This document shows positions 12,301 to 24,154 of a stretch of 64,000 bases of DNA, in pieces. Origin of the DNA: Alloascoidea hylecoeti (Eukaryota). The stretch covers positions 1,149,389 to 1,213,388 of the forward strand of contig BCKZ01000001.1 in NCBI GenBank assembly GCA_001600815.1. The letters run 5' to 3'. Below the pieces are notes generated by a model. The model saw only the letters and a program-made list of their open reading frames with translations. It ran no database searches and had not been told where the DNA came from. The position numbers and the translations under genes were made by a program. Numbering within the stretch: the first letter of the stretch is position 1; the number at the start of each line of letters is the position of its first letter.

Positions 12301-12855
12301 AAAGATAAATTCAGGGAAATAGGGTACAGAATAACAGATTCAACAAAGTTAAAGACCAAACTTCATAAGTAAGTATTTCCTCCTTCTTTTTACCTTTAAT
12401 TGATCACTAATAATTATTAGCTTAGCAAAAGTTCGGATCTCGAATCTTTTATTAGACCTGCGACTGAACTCAGAGAAAACAATTTTAAATAATCTGTTTA
12501 ACGTGGTACGAAGTCTCACTAAGCATATTGCCATTTTCCCTGAGAATCAAAAAACTACCTTCAACATAATGACATGTATGCATATTCAATACTTTTAAAC
12601 TCATTAAGGATGCTTATATCTCTAACGAGTTGATATAGGTTTATTTAGTGACTGTGTTAAATTATCATCAAAAAGAATTAATGATATCCCCAGAAGTGAT
12701 ATTATCAAGTAAGTTATAATTATTTGCGTATTAACTCTGTTTTCATTTGCTAATATTGATATAGTATTTGTATAAAAGGGTTTCTGACCGAAATAAAAGA
12801 TAATCCACAAACTAATTCACTTAGAGCCTGGTTACAGGATCAATCAATAATATAG
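9335..12855 (+). CDS. EST2: Telomerase reverse transcriptase, 14 exons: 9335-9559, 9622-9696, 9756-9856, 9917-10005, 10064-10186, 10248-10706, 10765-11201, 11270-11439, 11519-11846, 11900-12113, 12176-12368, 12421-12575, 12639-12708, 12765-12855 (~909 aa)
   Basis: Motifs in the expected order: TEN (NVLTKGY, PWRILLSRIG, QLTG), IFPSQF, T motif FFYVTE..YYRHESW, motif 1 IRLLPK, motif 2 FRVI, A KFDINHSFDTI, B' GVPQGS..SPLLC, C LRYIDDF, D VNPDKT, E PYCGL, CTE LD...NS..TILNN. Every intron is GT-AG and phase-compatible; exon sum is 2730 nt. Confidence 0.93.
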
Positions 12856-12978
12856 AAAAAGATGGGAAGGTGGTAGATACATAGGGCGTTAAATTTATAT
12901 ATGAAATTATTATAACTTCTAACTAATAATTGTAAAATATATATGTAAGATTTATTTTATAAATAACAAATTAGCTGA

Positions 12979-15018
12979 TTAACTTACAGGTATATTGTGT
13001 ATTATTAGATCCTTATTATCTTCTGTATTTTCAATATTTAACCCATTTTCATTAGCCAAATGTAATAAACAAATAAAACAAAAACTTGTAGATAATTCTG
13101 ATTTCATTTCTGGTGTATAAACAGATGATAACCCACTGACAACTTCACTAAATTTTTGTGTTGATTTATCATTTGAATCTGGCTCTTCAGTTTGAGGAAC
13201 TATTAACGATTTTCGCTTTCGGATAACTTTATCATCAGACATACATTTCCAAATATTGTCCTTTAATAATTTAACATCAACTTTCTTTGCAACCCTTGCA
13301 TAATTAACATATTCAGGACGTATCTGCTTCTGTCCGGATATTAATTGGCTTCCCAAATCAGCATCATTCAATTGTGTGTTGGTTGGTATTTCATTATCAT
13401 TATCATCAAATGACATATCAACCCCACCTGCATCTTGAAAGAAATCATCATTGTCATTGCCAGTTTGTTGTGTTTGTTCCTGTTCTTTATAGTTATTGGC
13501 CCAAAAATTTTCATCGACTGGTACTGTATTATTTGAATCATCTGAAATCCTAGGTGCCCGTTTAGTGTGATGTAACATGATAGCAACAGGCTGTCTTGGT
13601 TTGACAAACAAGTATAATAAATCACGAGAGGAGAAATGTCTATCATCCGGTAATAAATTCTTAGTTTTCGAAACCCATTGAGTTTTTGGTAAAGTGATAT
13701 TTGAGCCTGGTGCAAATAAGGACTCCAAATCGTCTTCTTGATCATCTGTAGATAAGAAATCGATTTCAAAATATTCTTTTTCCTTCTTTTCCGTATTTTT
13801 AGTAGAAGAGCCATCATGACCAGCTCCTTCAACAAATGGGGTTGATTTCCTCAGCTTCTGAATCTTCCAATGTTCAGGGCCAGCCCAATTCTTTTTCATA
13901 GTCTTGTCAAAGTAGGACATTAAGGCTTCGTTTGCTAGGGTATATTGATTAGATGAGTCATCTTCCTGTCCAAACACGGCAAAATCAGTAGTGATTACAT
14001 CTTCAACTGTCATATTTGGAGCATCGCCTCCATCATTATCAAAATCATCGTTATCATATCCTCCAAAATCTATTCCAGCATCATCAATTACAGATTCAAT
14101 AGCAGAAAAGCCACTTCCATCATTAATATCAATTTTTTCAAAATCTTGTAACAGGTTTTCTGCATTTTCATTTTCTATGATTGCCTCTAATTGCTTACCA
14201 TAAGGACAAATCTCTAAAGAATTAAATGTTGATTCTTCAACTCCTTCTAGCAATATATCTTTTAGACCTTTTAAATCAACATTATCTAACATTTCTTCAT
14301 CTTGTTCTTTTTCTTCTTCCTCCGTAGTCTTATCCTCAATTTCATTAGTTTCATCACCATCAAAAACAATTCTTCCTGTTTTATCTATACTTAATGCATT
14401 CAATAATAAACTTTTCGCACCACCTTCATCGAAGTCAGCTAATGCCTTTTTGAAAATTGGATCCACAGTTAATTCCTTTTCCAGCTTTTTAATTCTGATA
14501 GTATTGAAATCTGAAACCAGTGTTACCTCCGAACGAGCACCTTTACGTGACCTTTTCTTTGATAGTTCTTCATCGTCGTCATCATCACCTTCATTTTCAT
14601 CGTCATTATCATCTTGTAAGTTGCCATCACCATTATCATTCTGAGCACTTGTTGCCAAACCATTTAATAATCTACCAGTTTCAGTTGCAACTGAGTCAAC
14701 TCGACTTGAATAAACTTTAACACAGCCATCCAAAGTAGCACTTGCCTTTTGAAAGTTTATACCATCTCCATCCCTTAGAACATTTAAATCATGAAAGTAA
14801 TCAATAAGTGCAAAATTCCAACTATTTATCGCATTGATCTTATTATCTGTAGCCATTCTCATCCACATATCAAAATCTTCTTGAGCATTTGCCGTACGAC
14901 GGACTGTTGGTGACCCTCGATTACTGCCTGGTTGATCCAATTGCTCAACTACTACTAAACTCCTTCGATCTCTACCTGCTGCATTTCCTCGTTGTCTATT
15001 TCTACTACCGGAAACCAT
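12979..15018 (-). CDS. BRN1: Condensin kleisin subunit Brn1/barren
   Basis: WMRMATDNKINAINSWNFALIDYFHD, NFQKASATLDGCVKVYSSRVDS, NWAGPEHWK, FICLLHLANENGL; first ATG at 15018. Confidence 0.95.
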   Translation of the reverse strand: MVSGSRNRQRGNAAGRDRRSLVVVEQLDQPGSNRGSPTVRRTANAQEDFDMWMRMATDNKINAINSWNFALIDYFHDLNVLRDGDGINFQKASATLDGCVKVYSSRVDSVATETGRLLNGLATSAQNDNGDGNLQDDNDDENEGDDDDDEELSKKRSRKGARSEVTLVSDFNTIRIKKLEKELTVDPIFKKALADFDEGGAKSLLLNALSIDKTGRIVFDGDETNEIEDKTTEEEEKEQDEEMLDNVDLKGLKDILLEGVEESTFNSLEICPYGKQLEAIIENENAENLLQDFEKIDINDGSGFSAIESVIDDAGIDFGGYDNDDFDNDGGDAPNMTVEDVITTDFAVFGQEDDSSNQYTLANEALMSYFDKTMKKNWAGPEHWKIQKLRKSTPFVEGAGHDGSSTKNTEKKEKEYFEIDFLSTDDQEDDLESLFAPGSNITLPKTQWVSKTKNLLPDDRHFSSRDLLYLFVKPRQPVAIMLHHTKRAPRISDDSNNTVPVDENFWANNYKEQEQTQQTGNDNDDFFQDAGGVDMSFDDNDNEIPTNTQLNDADLGSQLISGQKQIRPEYVNYARVAKKVDVKLLKDNIWKCMSDDKVIRKRKSLIVPQTEEPDSNDKSTQKFSEVVSGLSSVYTPEMKSELSTSFCFICLLHLANENGLNIENTEDNKDLIIHNIPVS

Positions 15019-15373
15019 TTTATTTTTGTGTGTGTGGGTTTTCGTGTATTTTTTTGATATTTTTCTAATATCCTTCAATTGAGATGTGATTTAACATGTG
15101 TTTACAAAATGCAGAATGGGACGGTTGGCATGACAACGAGGATATCATCGCTGGTGTGATACGATTTACACTTGTTGGTATGAAATATACTGCGGATGTC
15201 AAACTGTATAATCATAATATTTGATTAGATAGTACATAATCAAGAATATTATCTTTAATATATATTGTTTTAATACTAGTACTATTTATCTCTTCATTAA
15301 TAAATGTTTTCCTTATTTTCATTTCATTAAATGTTCCTTTCTTTTCAAATCTTATAAGTAATTTTATTTTATT

Positions 15374-18300
15374 TTAAAATCCAAATGGATTATTTGGTGT
15401 AGCGGCCTGTAAATTCGCAAACCTACCAGTCCCGGAATTCTGCTGCTGTTGCAATTGCCCTACTCCGAAGCTAACAGGAGGTGTGGGTCCAGTTCGTTGT
15501 GGTGTTAATGCTCCATTCGAATATGTTGCTGGCATTTGCGGAACAGGTGAATAAGCCTGTAATGGATTAGTCGGCGCTAGTGCGGGCCCAGTACCGAATC
15601 CAAATCCTGTAGGCTGAGGTGCTAAAGGATTTCCTAAATTTTGCATTAATTGATTTTGTTGAGGAACTTGTTGAGGAATTTGTTGTTGCTGAATTGGTAA
15701 TTGGGTATGGTACATTGATGGTTGAGATAAATGCTGAAGATATGAAGAAGAAGATTGAGTAGATATTGTAGAACCAGTAGTCAAGTATGGAATGGAATTT
15801 CCTGTTAATATTGAACTAGAAACCGATTGACCAGAAAACAATGGATTCTGTATCGCCGATAAACCAGATATTTGACTATTAATTCCAGACATCTGTCCCG
15901 ACATTTGCCCCGACATTTGTCCTGACATTTGCCCTGACATTTGCCCTGACATTTGCCCTGACATTTGACTCCCATACGTTGGCTGTGCGTACACAATCTG
16001 AGATGGAACAGGAGTAATAGTAGTTTGAATGAAATTCATACCATTACCAGATAATAGACTTGATGGACCACCAGATAGCTGTGGTTGTGGTGTACTAGCT
16101 AGTCCACCACCACCAGTTCTTTGTAAAGGCAAAGACATCGATGATGCACTCATAGATCCCGAGTTTAATGATGGGAACTGTTGAGAAGATTTCGAGTGAA
16201 GCTGTGCTTCCGATAAAGAAGCTGCAAGTACTTCAAAACTGCTGGTTCGTTGAGCTGATAACGTGGTACTTGATAGGGATGTAGTCGGTAACGTGCTGGT
16301 TCCAGGCGCTGTTGGCATAGTTGGAATTGGGGATGACACTGTTTGAAATGTCTTCGCTTGTGATGTCTTAGCTTCAGGTAATGAAGTTGCAGAGGCACTA
16401 GTTAGTTTTGAAGCAGCAGTGTTTGACCTCGATCTGTTCCTAGCTGGTTTTATTGTCCAAGCATCATCATCAAACTCATCTTCAGAGAATGAATTATCTT
16501 GAACTTGAGGAGGAGGAGGAGTAGGATCAGTCTGCGAAATTTCAGGGACAGGTGGTGATACCCGCTTTTGTGGTGGTTGAGGAATAGCTGGTAGAGCTTG
16601 AGATTGAGTATTATCTGTTTCGGTTTTCTGTGGCCTTCTTCCTCTAGAAGTATTATTATTGTTATTATTCCTATTATATTTATTATCGAGGAATCGATTA
16701 ACTCGTAATATATCACCTTCTTTAAGACTTAATGATCTTAAAATACTTGCATTTATATCAGGTAATGATGATTCATCCATTCTTTCTCTTTCGAAAGATA
16801 GTGTATAGCGCTGACAATTTTTAACTTCAATACCACATTTTAAAAAGAAATCAAACCAATCAAATTCTTTAGGGGTTTTCGACATTTCCCTCCCACGTTC
16901 TTTTCCATGATTTCTTTCCCTTTCTTTTTCTCTCCCTCTTTCCCTTTCCCTTTCCCTTTCCCTTTCTCTTTCTCTTTCTCTTTCTTGCTCCTGTTCGCGT
17001 TCCCGCTCTCTATTATTCTTATGATGCCTATCTCTTCGACTTCTATCACCTTTTGATTTATATTCCCCTAAACTCGACCCAGTAACACGTTCAACATATT
17101 CAATATCGTCAAGACATAATTTTTTAGCGTCAACAGCAATTCTAACACCATTTTCTTTATATAAATGAATTTTCCCTTGTATAATTCCAACAAATTCAGC
17201 ATTGACTTTAAAAGAACCAGAAGCATCAGTCCATAATCTTAAATTATCTGGGTTTATCTTATGGTTCGATTGATGTGTTTCTTTCTCTTTTCCTTTAGAA
17301 CTGGGATGATTTCTATTATTCGGTGGTGTTACAAATCTTGGAGCTTTAACCTCTTTAATAACTTCAACATATTTAGCTGGTATAACACCTTCTTTATGAG
17401 TTTTAGAATTCTCTAATGAGACAAACCACCAATCATCATTTGTATCGTCGATTACTAAAACAGTATCTTTTTCATGGACGGTTAATTCACTTGGATCATC
17501 GGCTTTGAAATCAAATAAAACCTTTGCCCTTTTATAATCTGAAGATGATCCTTGATTAGTATTATCATTATTATTATGATTACTATCATTAATATTTGGA
17601 TTTGAATTGGAATTAGAGTTTGAACCAGAATATGGTGGACTATTATGTTGAATAGAATTCGTAGTTGAAGGAGGATAAACCAATTTTGTTAGAACATCAT
17701 TGATTTCAATTGCAAGTTCTTTTGTCCCTGTAGTAAATTCCGTTTCATAGTTTGGATTCTTAAATCTTATCCATAATTTTTTCTTAGTAACAACATCAAA
17801 TTCTTCAATATCTTTTATTGACCAACTTTTAATCATATCCTGATCTTCTGCCAATTCAGGCTCAAAAAATATAAGCCCTTTAGAAATGATCAATATTCCT
17901 TTATTCTTATTTTTACGATAATGACTCGAATCAATTTGTGTCACTTGAAATTCATAGTTAGGTGAAGCGGATATTGATTCATTTGGAGGGGGTAAATTAC
18001 CATTCTCAATCGGTGATCTTATGGGTGATCTCGTTATACTCCTGGATGATTCAGATGTCGTTGAAATTCTTGGTACTGCTCGTAGTGTTGACTTATTATT
18101 GTCATGCTGTGCTTGAAGAGAAGGTCGTTGCATTATTGGTGAAGCAGGACTAGAATCCCAATCAGATTGATCATCTGAATATTCTTCATTATTGTTACTT
18201 GACGATTTTTTTGTATTTAAAGTAGGGCGCTGGGGTTGGGCATGTTGTTGATGCCTTCTGCTTACACTGTTATGATTATACCTTGAGCCACTTCTATGGG

Positions 18301-18937
18301 GGGTCGCATTTGAATTTGTGTTTGAAGTTGAAGTTCCACTTGTATCAGTGCTTCTGTTTGAAAGATCATGAACCATTGGAAGCGCGTGGGTTTGGAGGGT
18401 CACGGTTGATGATTGGGTTTGAGGGGCAGATGATTGTATTTCGATGTAGTTCCCCGGCACCAAACCAAATGACGAAGTTGAAACATCACCAGCTAGAATC
18501 CAATCAGGGTCTGAAGTAGAGTATACCTGTAACTGCTGGGATTCGTGGATTGATAATTCATCTGGGGTTTGTGGTGAATAGGCGTACAGGACCTTGGCAT
18601 AAGATACAGGTGGAGCCTATAAACAATAAAACAGAAAGCATTATCAGTCATGAAGAACAATCAGAGCAAAAACAGCATTGAAGAAGAACAAATAGAAGCA
18701 AAGATCAGCATTAAACAATGGTGGAGAAATGAAAAAAAAAAAAATTCAACATACCTCCTTGATATAAATCCTCGGAACCAAGCCCACAATATCATTCGCA
18801 AACGACTTCACAGTCCACCAATCATCTCCGACGGTTTTTTCGGTCAAGCATAGTATATCACCTTCCTTAATTGTGAGTTCTTCGTCTGTCCTAGCAGAAT
18901 AGTCATATAAGACTGTGTAGATGCCTTGGAATGGCAT
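15374..18937 (-). CDS. SLA1: Endocytic adaptor Sla1 (three SH3 domains, SHD1, SAM-like SHD2, QxTG tail); intron 18617-18754
   Basis: Exon 1 encodes an SH3 (LYDYSARTDEELTIKEGD..DDWW) and splices to APPVSYAKVLYAY (second SH3). SHD1 RLWTDASGSFKVNAEF, SHD2 DWFDFFLKCG, C-terminus ATPNNPFGF. Confidence 0.92.
15885..15968. repeat. 12-bp coding minisatellite (about 7 units) encoding (GQMS)n in Sla1
   Basis: Tandem gacatttgccct/gacatttgtcct/gacatttgcccc units. Confidence 0.9.
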
Positions 18938-19084
18938 GGTGGGGGTTTTAAAGGACAGGATGGTTGTACCTAACAAAAGAACTTTAGGCGTGTACCGGAG
19001 TTCGGATGTTTTGAGTGAAATTTACAAATTTGATGTACGGTATAAGCTAGATAAATAGGCTGTAGTTACGTATATAAATATTGT

Positions 19085-19663
19085 TTATAAAGCTTTCTTC
19101 TCTGCCTTTTCTGCCTTTTCTGCCTTTTTAGCTCTATTAAATTCCCCTAGTTTTTTGAGAGCCAGTTTATCCATTTTCTTCTTGACCTCTTTTCTAAACC
19201 CAAGAGCAAACATATACTCAAAAAATACAAAATAAGGAGCTAACACAAGTGCCTGAACAAGATTATCTAATAAAGCAGGAGCTCTCTTTTCGTAAATTCC
19301 ATGGCCAATAAATTGTACTATCCATGCAAAAACGAATAATCCAATCGAATAGGGGATGGCATCCGGAACCGTACGAATCCATTCTGTAAATTTGAAAGAC
19401 AGTCCCACCAATGCCGGGGCCACGATGAAACCAAACGAATCCAATAGAATATAGAATGCCGAAAACCCGGCAGCCATAAGGGTCCCAAGATTAAAATATA
19501 CGCTAGTGCCTGGGACAAATGACCCCAATGTACCCAAAGACAGAAGAGCTATTGATGTAAAGAGGATGATTGGGACGAAGATGCAATGGATCAAAACGTT
19601 AACTCTGTTGAAGTGGTAAGCTCGATAAAAGCTGAACTGTTCTTCAAGATCGAAGACACCCAT
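19085..19663 (-). CDS. MPO1: 2-hydroxy fatty acid dioxygenase Mpo1 (DUF962)
   Basis: DLEEQFSFYRAYHFNRVNVLIH and QFIGHGIYEKRAPALLDNLVQALVLAPYFV; likely start ATG 19663. Confidence 0.9.
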   Translation of the reverse strand: MGVFDLEEQFSFYRAYHFNRVNVLIHCIFVPIILFTSIALLSLGTLGSFVPGTSVYFNLGTLMAAGFSAFYILLDSFGFIVAPALVGLSFKFTEWIRTVPDAIPYSIGLFVFAWIVQFIGHGIYEKRAPALLDNLVQALVLAPYFVFFEYMFALGFRKEVKKKMDKLALKKLGEFNRAKKAEKAEKAEKKAL

Positions 19664-20334
19664 TTTTGTGTATGAATAAATAAGAATAAATAAGATGAAG
19701 AGTAGTAGAAGTAAAGTGGGAATGTTCTGATTAATGAACACACACCGTTTATATTGATAATCACATCACATAGAAACGAAAAGTGGGGGCGATGAGTTTC
19801 TCCTCTTAAACTATAAAATCTTACATCATAATCGATATCACCACCAATTCCGAGCACGAGCATCTCCTACTCTACAATATTGATCGTGAGAATAGAATAG
19901 TTACAAGCTTATTTCGTAAGCACAGTCACATCATTGGATCATAGATGTAAACGTGAAATATATCAATTATAAACACTACAAATCTTGGAGGAGAATTCAG
20001 TACCAGTTAAATACATTAAAAATTGTAAAGAGTGTAGATTAAACGGATGATCCTAGTCCTTGCAGGCAACAATATAGACTAACTTATCTTTAATACCAAA
20101 TAATCTGAAATCATGTTCAGCTTGTTTTTGTGGTTGCATTGCCAAAGGTTTAATACTTGGCACTGTCTATAACTCCCTGCTCATTTGCCTACACCACAAT
20201 CCTAATTAAGTGTATAAATTTAATGTTTTTCTTTGCACCTGTAAACAGTTACGGTAATATATTTATATAGGAAATAATTACAGAAGAGAACTATATTATT
20301 TTTTTTTTATTTGGTACAATCATCTGTAGCCGGT

Positions 20335-21063
20335 TTATACCTCCACAAATTTAAATGTCCTTGGTTTAGTATTAAAATAAAACGGAAATACTTTAAAATT
20401 AGTTATCTTAGGCCTATAATTATTATCTTCTAATCGAGAATATTTCGAGAAGGAAATAATATAACCACCTTCCTCAAAACTAATTGAACCGAGTCTAAAG
20501 CTATAGTTTTTAACTTTTAAAGGTTTTGGATAGTCGATTGTGGTACTAGATATACCATCCTTGACTTTCCTCCAGGATGTTATCATCTACAATACTTTAA
20601 AGACCCCTATCATGTCTTTAATTTTTCTATTACTAATTGTATCATATGAACTGAGACGCTCTCGATGATGATCATTATCACTATAAATTAAATTCCCAGT
20701 AACTCTCAGGGGAGTGGCTAAGTTACCTCTAATGATTTTTAATTTTTTCATTATCTCAACTTTGTCTAGGTTGTTATAAATATCCTTTCTAAACTATTCT
20801 GCCACTCCCAACTCATCAGCGAGAGCATTGCCGAATCTTCGCAGGTACCGACAGGCACCAGAATAGGCATATGTGTCCCAAAAATCTAAATAACTAGATA
20901 TCTCTAAAAGAAGTTCATCAGGAAGAGTGAGTAGCTTGTATTCATTATTTTCTCGAGAAGATTTAATATAATTTTGAGGAGAATACGAAAAGATATCATC
21001 TTCGGATTCATCTCCAGATTCATCGCTATAATCTAGTACTACTGTGGATCCTTCTAAACACAT
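20335..21063 (-). pseudogene. F-box protein frame (~243 codons) interrupted by two in-frame TAG codons
   Basis: F-box motif LLTLPDELLLEISSYLDFWD...ACRYLR. ORFs 20794-21069 and 20335-20586 are the same frame; the 68 codons between the TAGs at 20796-20794 and 20589-20587 are open. Confidence 0.7.
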
Positions 21064-21860
21064 TTTCACATTCCATCGTATTTGAAAAAAAAAAAAAAAA
21101 AAAATATTATATGTATTATATTATTGCTATTTAAATAACGCACTATATGGTTTCGTCAAATAGATCTATAATTATGCTGTACCTTATATACCGGTAATCA
21201 AATACATTAGATTTACAAATTTACAGGTGTTTCTTTAAAGTTAATCATAAGTTTTTACTTATATAGAGGTTATAATCATTATATATCTTATTTTAATTAG
21301 CAATATCGATTAGTTGTTAGTCTAGCTGGTATCATAAGACGGTGTTTTCCATACTCGATCATAACTTTTTCGGATAAGTTGCAATTATTATTTTACATTA
21401 TTGCATCAAATTAATCAGATATAAGAGATTGCAAAACCCCTGGAGGTTGCAAAAACAATGGTTATATTCTTACGATTCTTAGGCCTAGGATTTATACTCA
21501 GCATAATCTTCATTTACTTATAATTGTCACTCGTCGATAAGGAAGGCATTTAGATCCGTAGCCAAGTTTTCATTCGTATGAATCACAATTTTCATATATT
21601 CACATGTATATCGATATCGATAATAAACTTTACTTCTCTTCTTCCTAGCTATAGAGAAACCCAATAAATGCAATAGATATCGGTTCCTAGAATTGGCATC
21701 AATATGATTATATTATTGTACCTATGCGCACGATGTACTAAGGAATCTAGAAATACCGCGGTGAAAATATGCAACGAATTTGATTATCATTATTAGTCAA
21801 ATCATATTTAACTATAAAACTATATTGAATTGTCTTTAACTATGTTTCTAATAAAACGAT

Positions 21861-22292
21861 TTACTCGACAACACGAATAGCAATTCCAAGGGATCCAGAT
21901 GGAGCGTCGGATGATGCATACCAGTAAACATTATAACTTCCATCATCATTCTTCAAAACGGTGGCATGCTCTTCACCATTTAAAGTTAAATGTTCATTAA
22001 CGACAGACCAACCAGTGATAGAACCACCTGAACCATCTGGAGAGTAGGTAAGCTTATTATTATCAGTAATATCGAGATAGTAAGAAGTTCCTGAAGCAAC
22101 CTCAACCTTTCCATCGGAAGTTATAGTGGCATTAATTGGAGTACCTTTTCCAAGAACAACATCATAAGAGTCTGATGTGAGAGAAAGAGCTGAATATTGG
22201 ACAGCACTTCCTGAACGAATAGCAATTAGACCAACGGCAGAAGCATAAGTAGCTAAAGAAAGAGCAGCAGCGATAGATGTAGTGAATTTCAT
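21861..22292 (-). CDS. Secreted Cwp1-like cell wall protein, copy A (143 aa, no GPI tail)
   Basis: Signal peptide MKFTTSIAAALSLATYASA; GLIAIRSGS.VQY, ATITSDGK, GWSV.NEHL and GIAIR resemble the Cwp1 N-terminal domain. Confidence 0.8.
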   Translation of the reverse strand: MKFTTSIAAALSLATYASAVGLIAIRSGSAVQYSALSLTSDSYDVVLGKGTPINATITSDGKVEVASGTSYYLDITDNNKLTYSPDGSGGSITGWSVVNEHLTLNGEEHATVLKNDDGSYNVYWYASSDAPSGSLGIAIRVVE

Positions 22293-23722
22293 TTTTATTG
22301 ATTTCTGAGGAATTATCTGATATATGAATCTGATGAATAACTTAAAAAGATGAGGATAATGAACCAATTTATATAATTTATTGCAATTAACCTTTTGATT
22401 TGAATTATAGATCTAGATCCGCCGATACAGCTATGAATGTTTTTTTTTCGATCAAGTAATTAATGCTTTTTCTCTTCATTATTTTTAGACGACACAAAAT
22501 TTAAAGCATGTAGTATGTTAATATTATAGACTATAATTAGAAATGACTTTAAAGTTGTGTCAAATGCACAGTCGTGTATTAAAATTTTGTATTTGTTGCT
22601 GCAATCGCTTAAGCTTGTTAATACCTTTATGATTTAATTACAAATTTTTATTAAACGTAAAAAAAAAGACCTTTATGATTATTGTATATCGGATTAATAT
22701 AATGCAAAGAATGACTTAAACATAAATATCGTCTCCCTGAGTCCCTGTTATTATGTGTTATATGCTTAAGCCTTATGGTCATGATGTTATTCTTTATTTG
22801 TAGTTAGGTGCTCGTTTATGCATGATACAGCTACGGTATGTCATTATATGGTTCAATTTGCACATTAATAAACTAAATTTAAAATTGAGAGACATGTAAA
22901 AATAACGGTTTTTAGATCTGATTATTATGATTGTCTTATTTTGGTATCAATTGAATTTGCAACTGTAACATCGGTTTCTCTATCTCGGTATGAGGGCTCA
23001 CCCCTGATATATGACGTTAATGCGATTATAGTTGTAAGATACATACTGTACAGTAGTAATAGTACACATATTACATCATATATTTCATGATAGTAATAAT
23101 TTAATTGCTCTCAACCTCATAATAATTAATACGTATACGTTAATAATAAAGAAAGTAAAGACGTCAAATATATATGCATGTGTTATAGTCGTAGTTACAG
23201 TAATTACAATTATTACAAGTTGATGAAGATATCAATTAAGGCCAGGTATAATAGTTCATAAAATCTTTACAAGAACCATATATGTGAGCTCTTTCCTTAA
23301 TTACATAAATCAATTATAAATAATTACGGACCGAAAATTATTTGAAACCATTGCGTACCAATTGCAACAAATATTATGAGGCTTTAAGAAACATTATTTT
23401 CATAAGTATCCGCATCCATCATAATCCATATACGACCTTATGGTAATTGTTAAATATCAGAAAATGAAAGCTATCCTTATAATTATTTCAGAGTATGACA
23501 ATTATATTTAGAAATCTAGATTTAGGTTTCCGATAAAATGTCCTCATACTCAGATACAATGATCTCATATTCCTTTTAATATATTGAAAATGATACAACT
23601 ATACTAATACTTGTTTCAAATATATCTAGCTGGCTAGTTGTTAAACCCTTCAAAAGAAAAGTATAAATTGTTTCATTATTCCCAACTTTTTTAATCAGAT
23701 AATTCCTCAGAAATCAATAAAA

Positions 23723-24154
23723 ATGAAATTCACTACATCTATCGCTGCTGCTCTTTCTTTAGCTACTTATGCTTCTGCCGTTGGTCTAATTGCTATTCGT
23801 TCAGGAAGTGCTGTCCAATATTCAGCTCTTTCTCTCACATCAGACTCTTATGATGTTGTTCTTGGAAAAGGTACTCCAATTAATGCCACTATAACTTCCG
23901 ATGGAAAGGTTGAGGTTGCTTCAGGAACTTCTTACTATCTCGATATTACTGATAATAATAAGCTTACCTACTCTCCAGATGGTTCAGGTGGTTCTATCAC
24001 TGGTTGGTCTGTCGTTAATGAACATTTAACTTTAAATGGTGAAGAGCATGCCACCGTTTTGAAGAATGATGATGGAAGTTATAATGTTTACTGGTATGCA
24101 TCATCCAACGCTCCATCTGGATCCCTTGGAATTGCCATTCGTGTTGTCGAGTAA
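23723..24154 (+). CDS. Secreted Cwp1-like cell wall protein, copy B
   Basis: Identical to copy A except one D/N substitution and one synonymous change. Confidence 0.8.
   Translation: MKFTTSIAAALSLATYASAVGLIAIRSGSAVQYSALSLTSDSYDVVLGKGTPINATITSDGKVEVASGTSYYLDITDNNKLTYSPDGSGGSITGWSVVNEHLTLNGEEHATVLKNDDGSYNVYWYASSNAPSGSLGIAIRVVE

Noticed and set aside
9335..12855. TERT fragments as a pseudogene or retroelement RT
   Set aside because: Every interruption is a phase-compatible GT-AG intron, and telomerase-specific TEN and T motifs are present
20587..20796. Genome-wide TAG reassignment to explain the F-box stops
   Set aside because: UTP15, NAG1, the GST and the reconstructed TERT end in TAG at or near the expected C-termini
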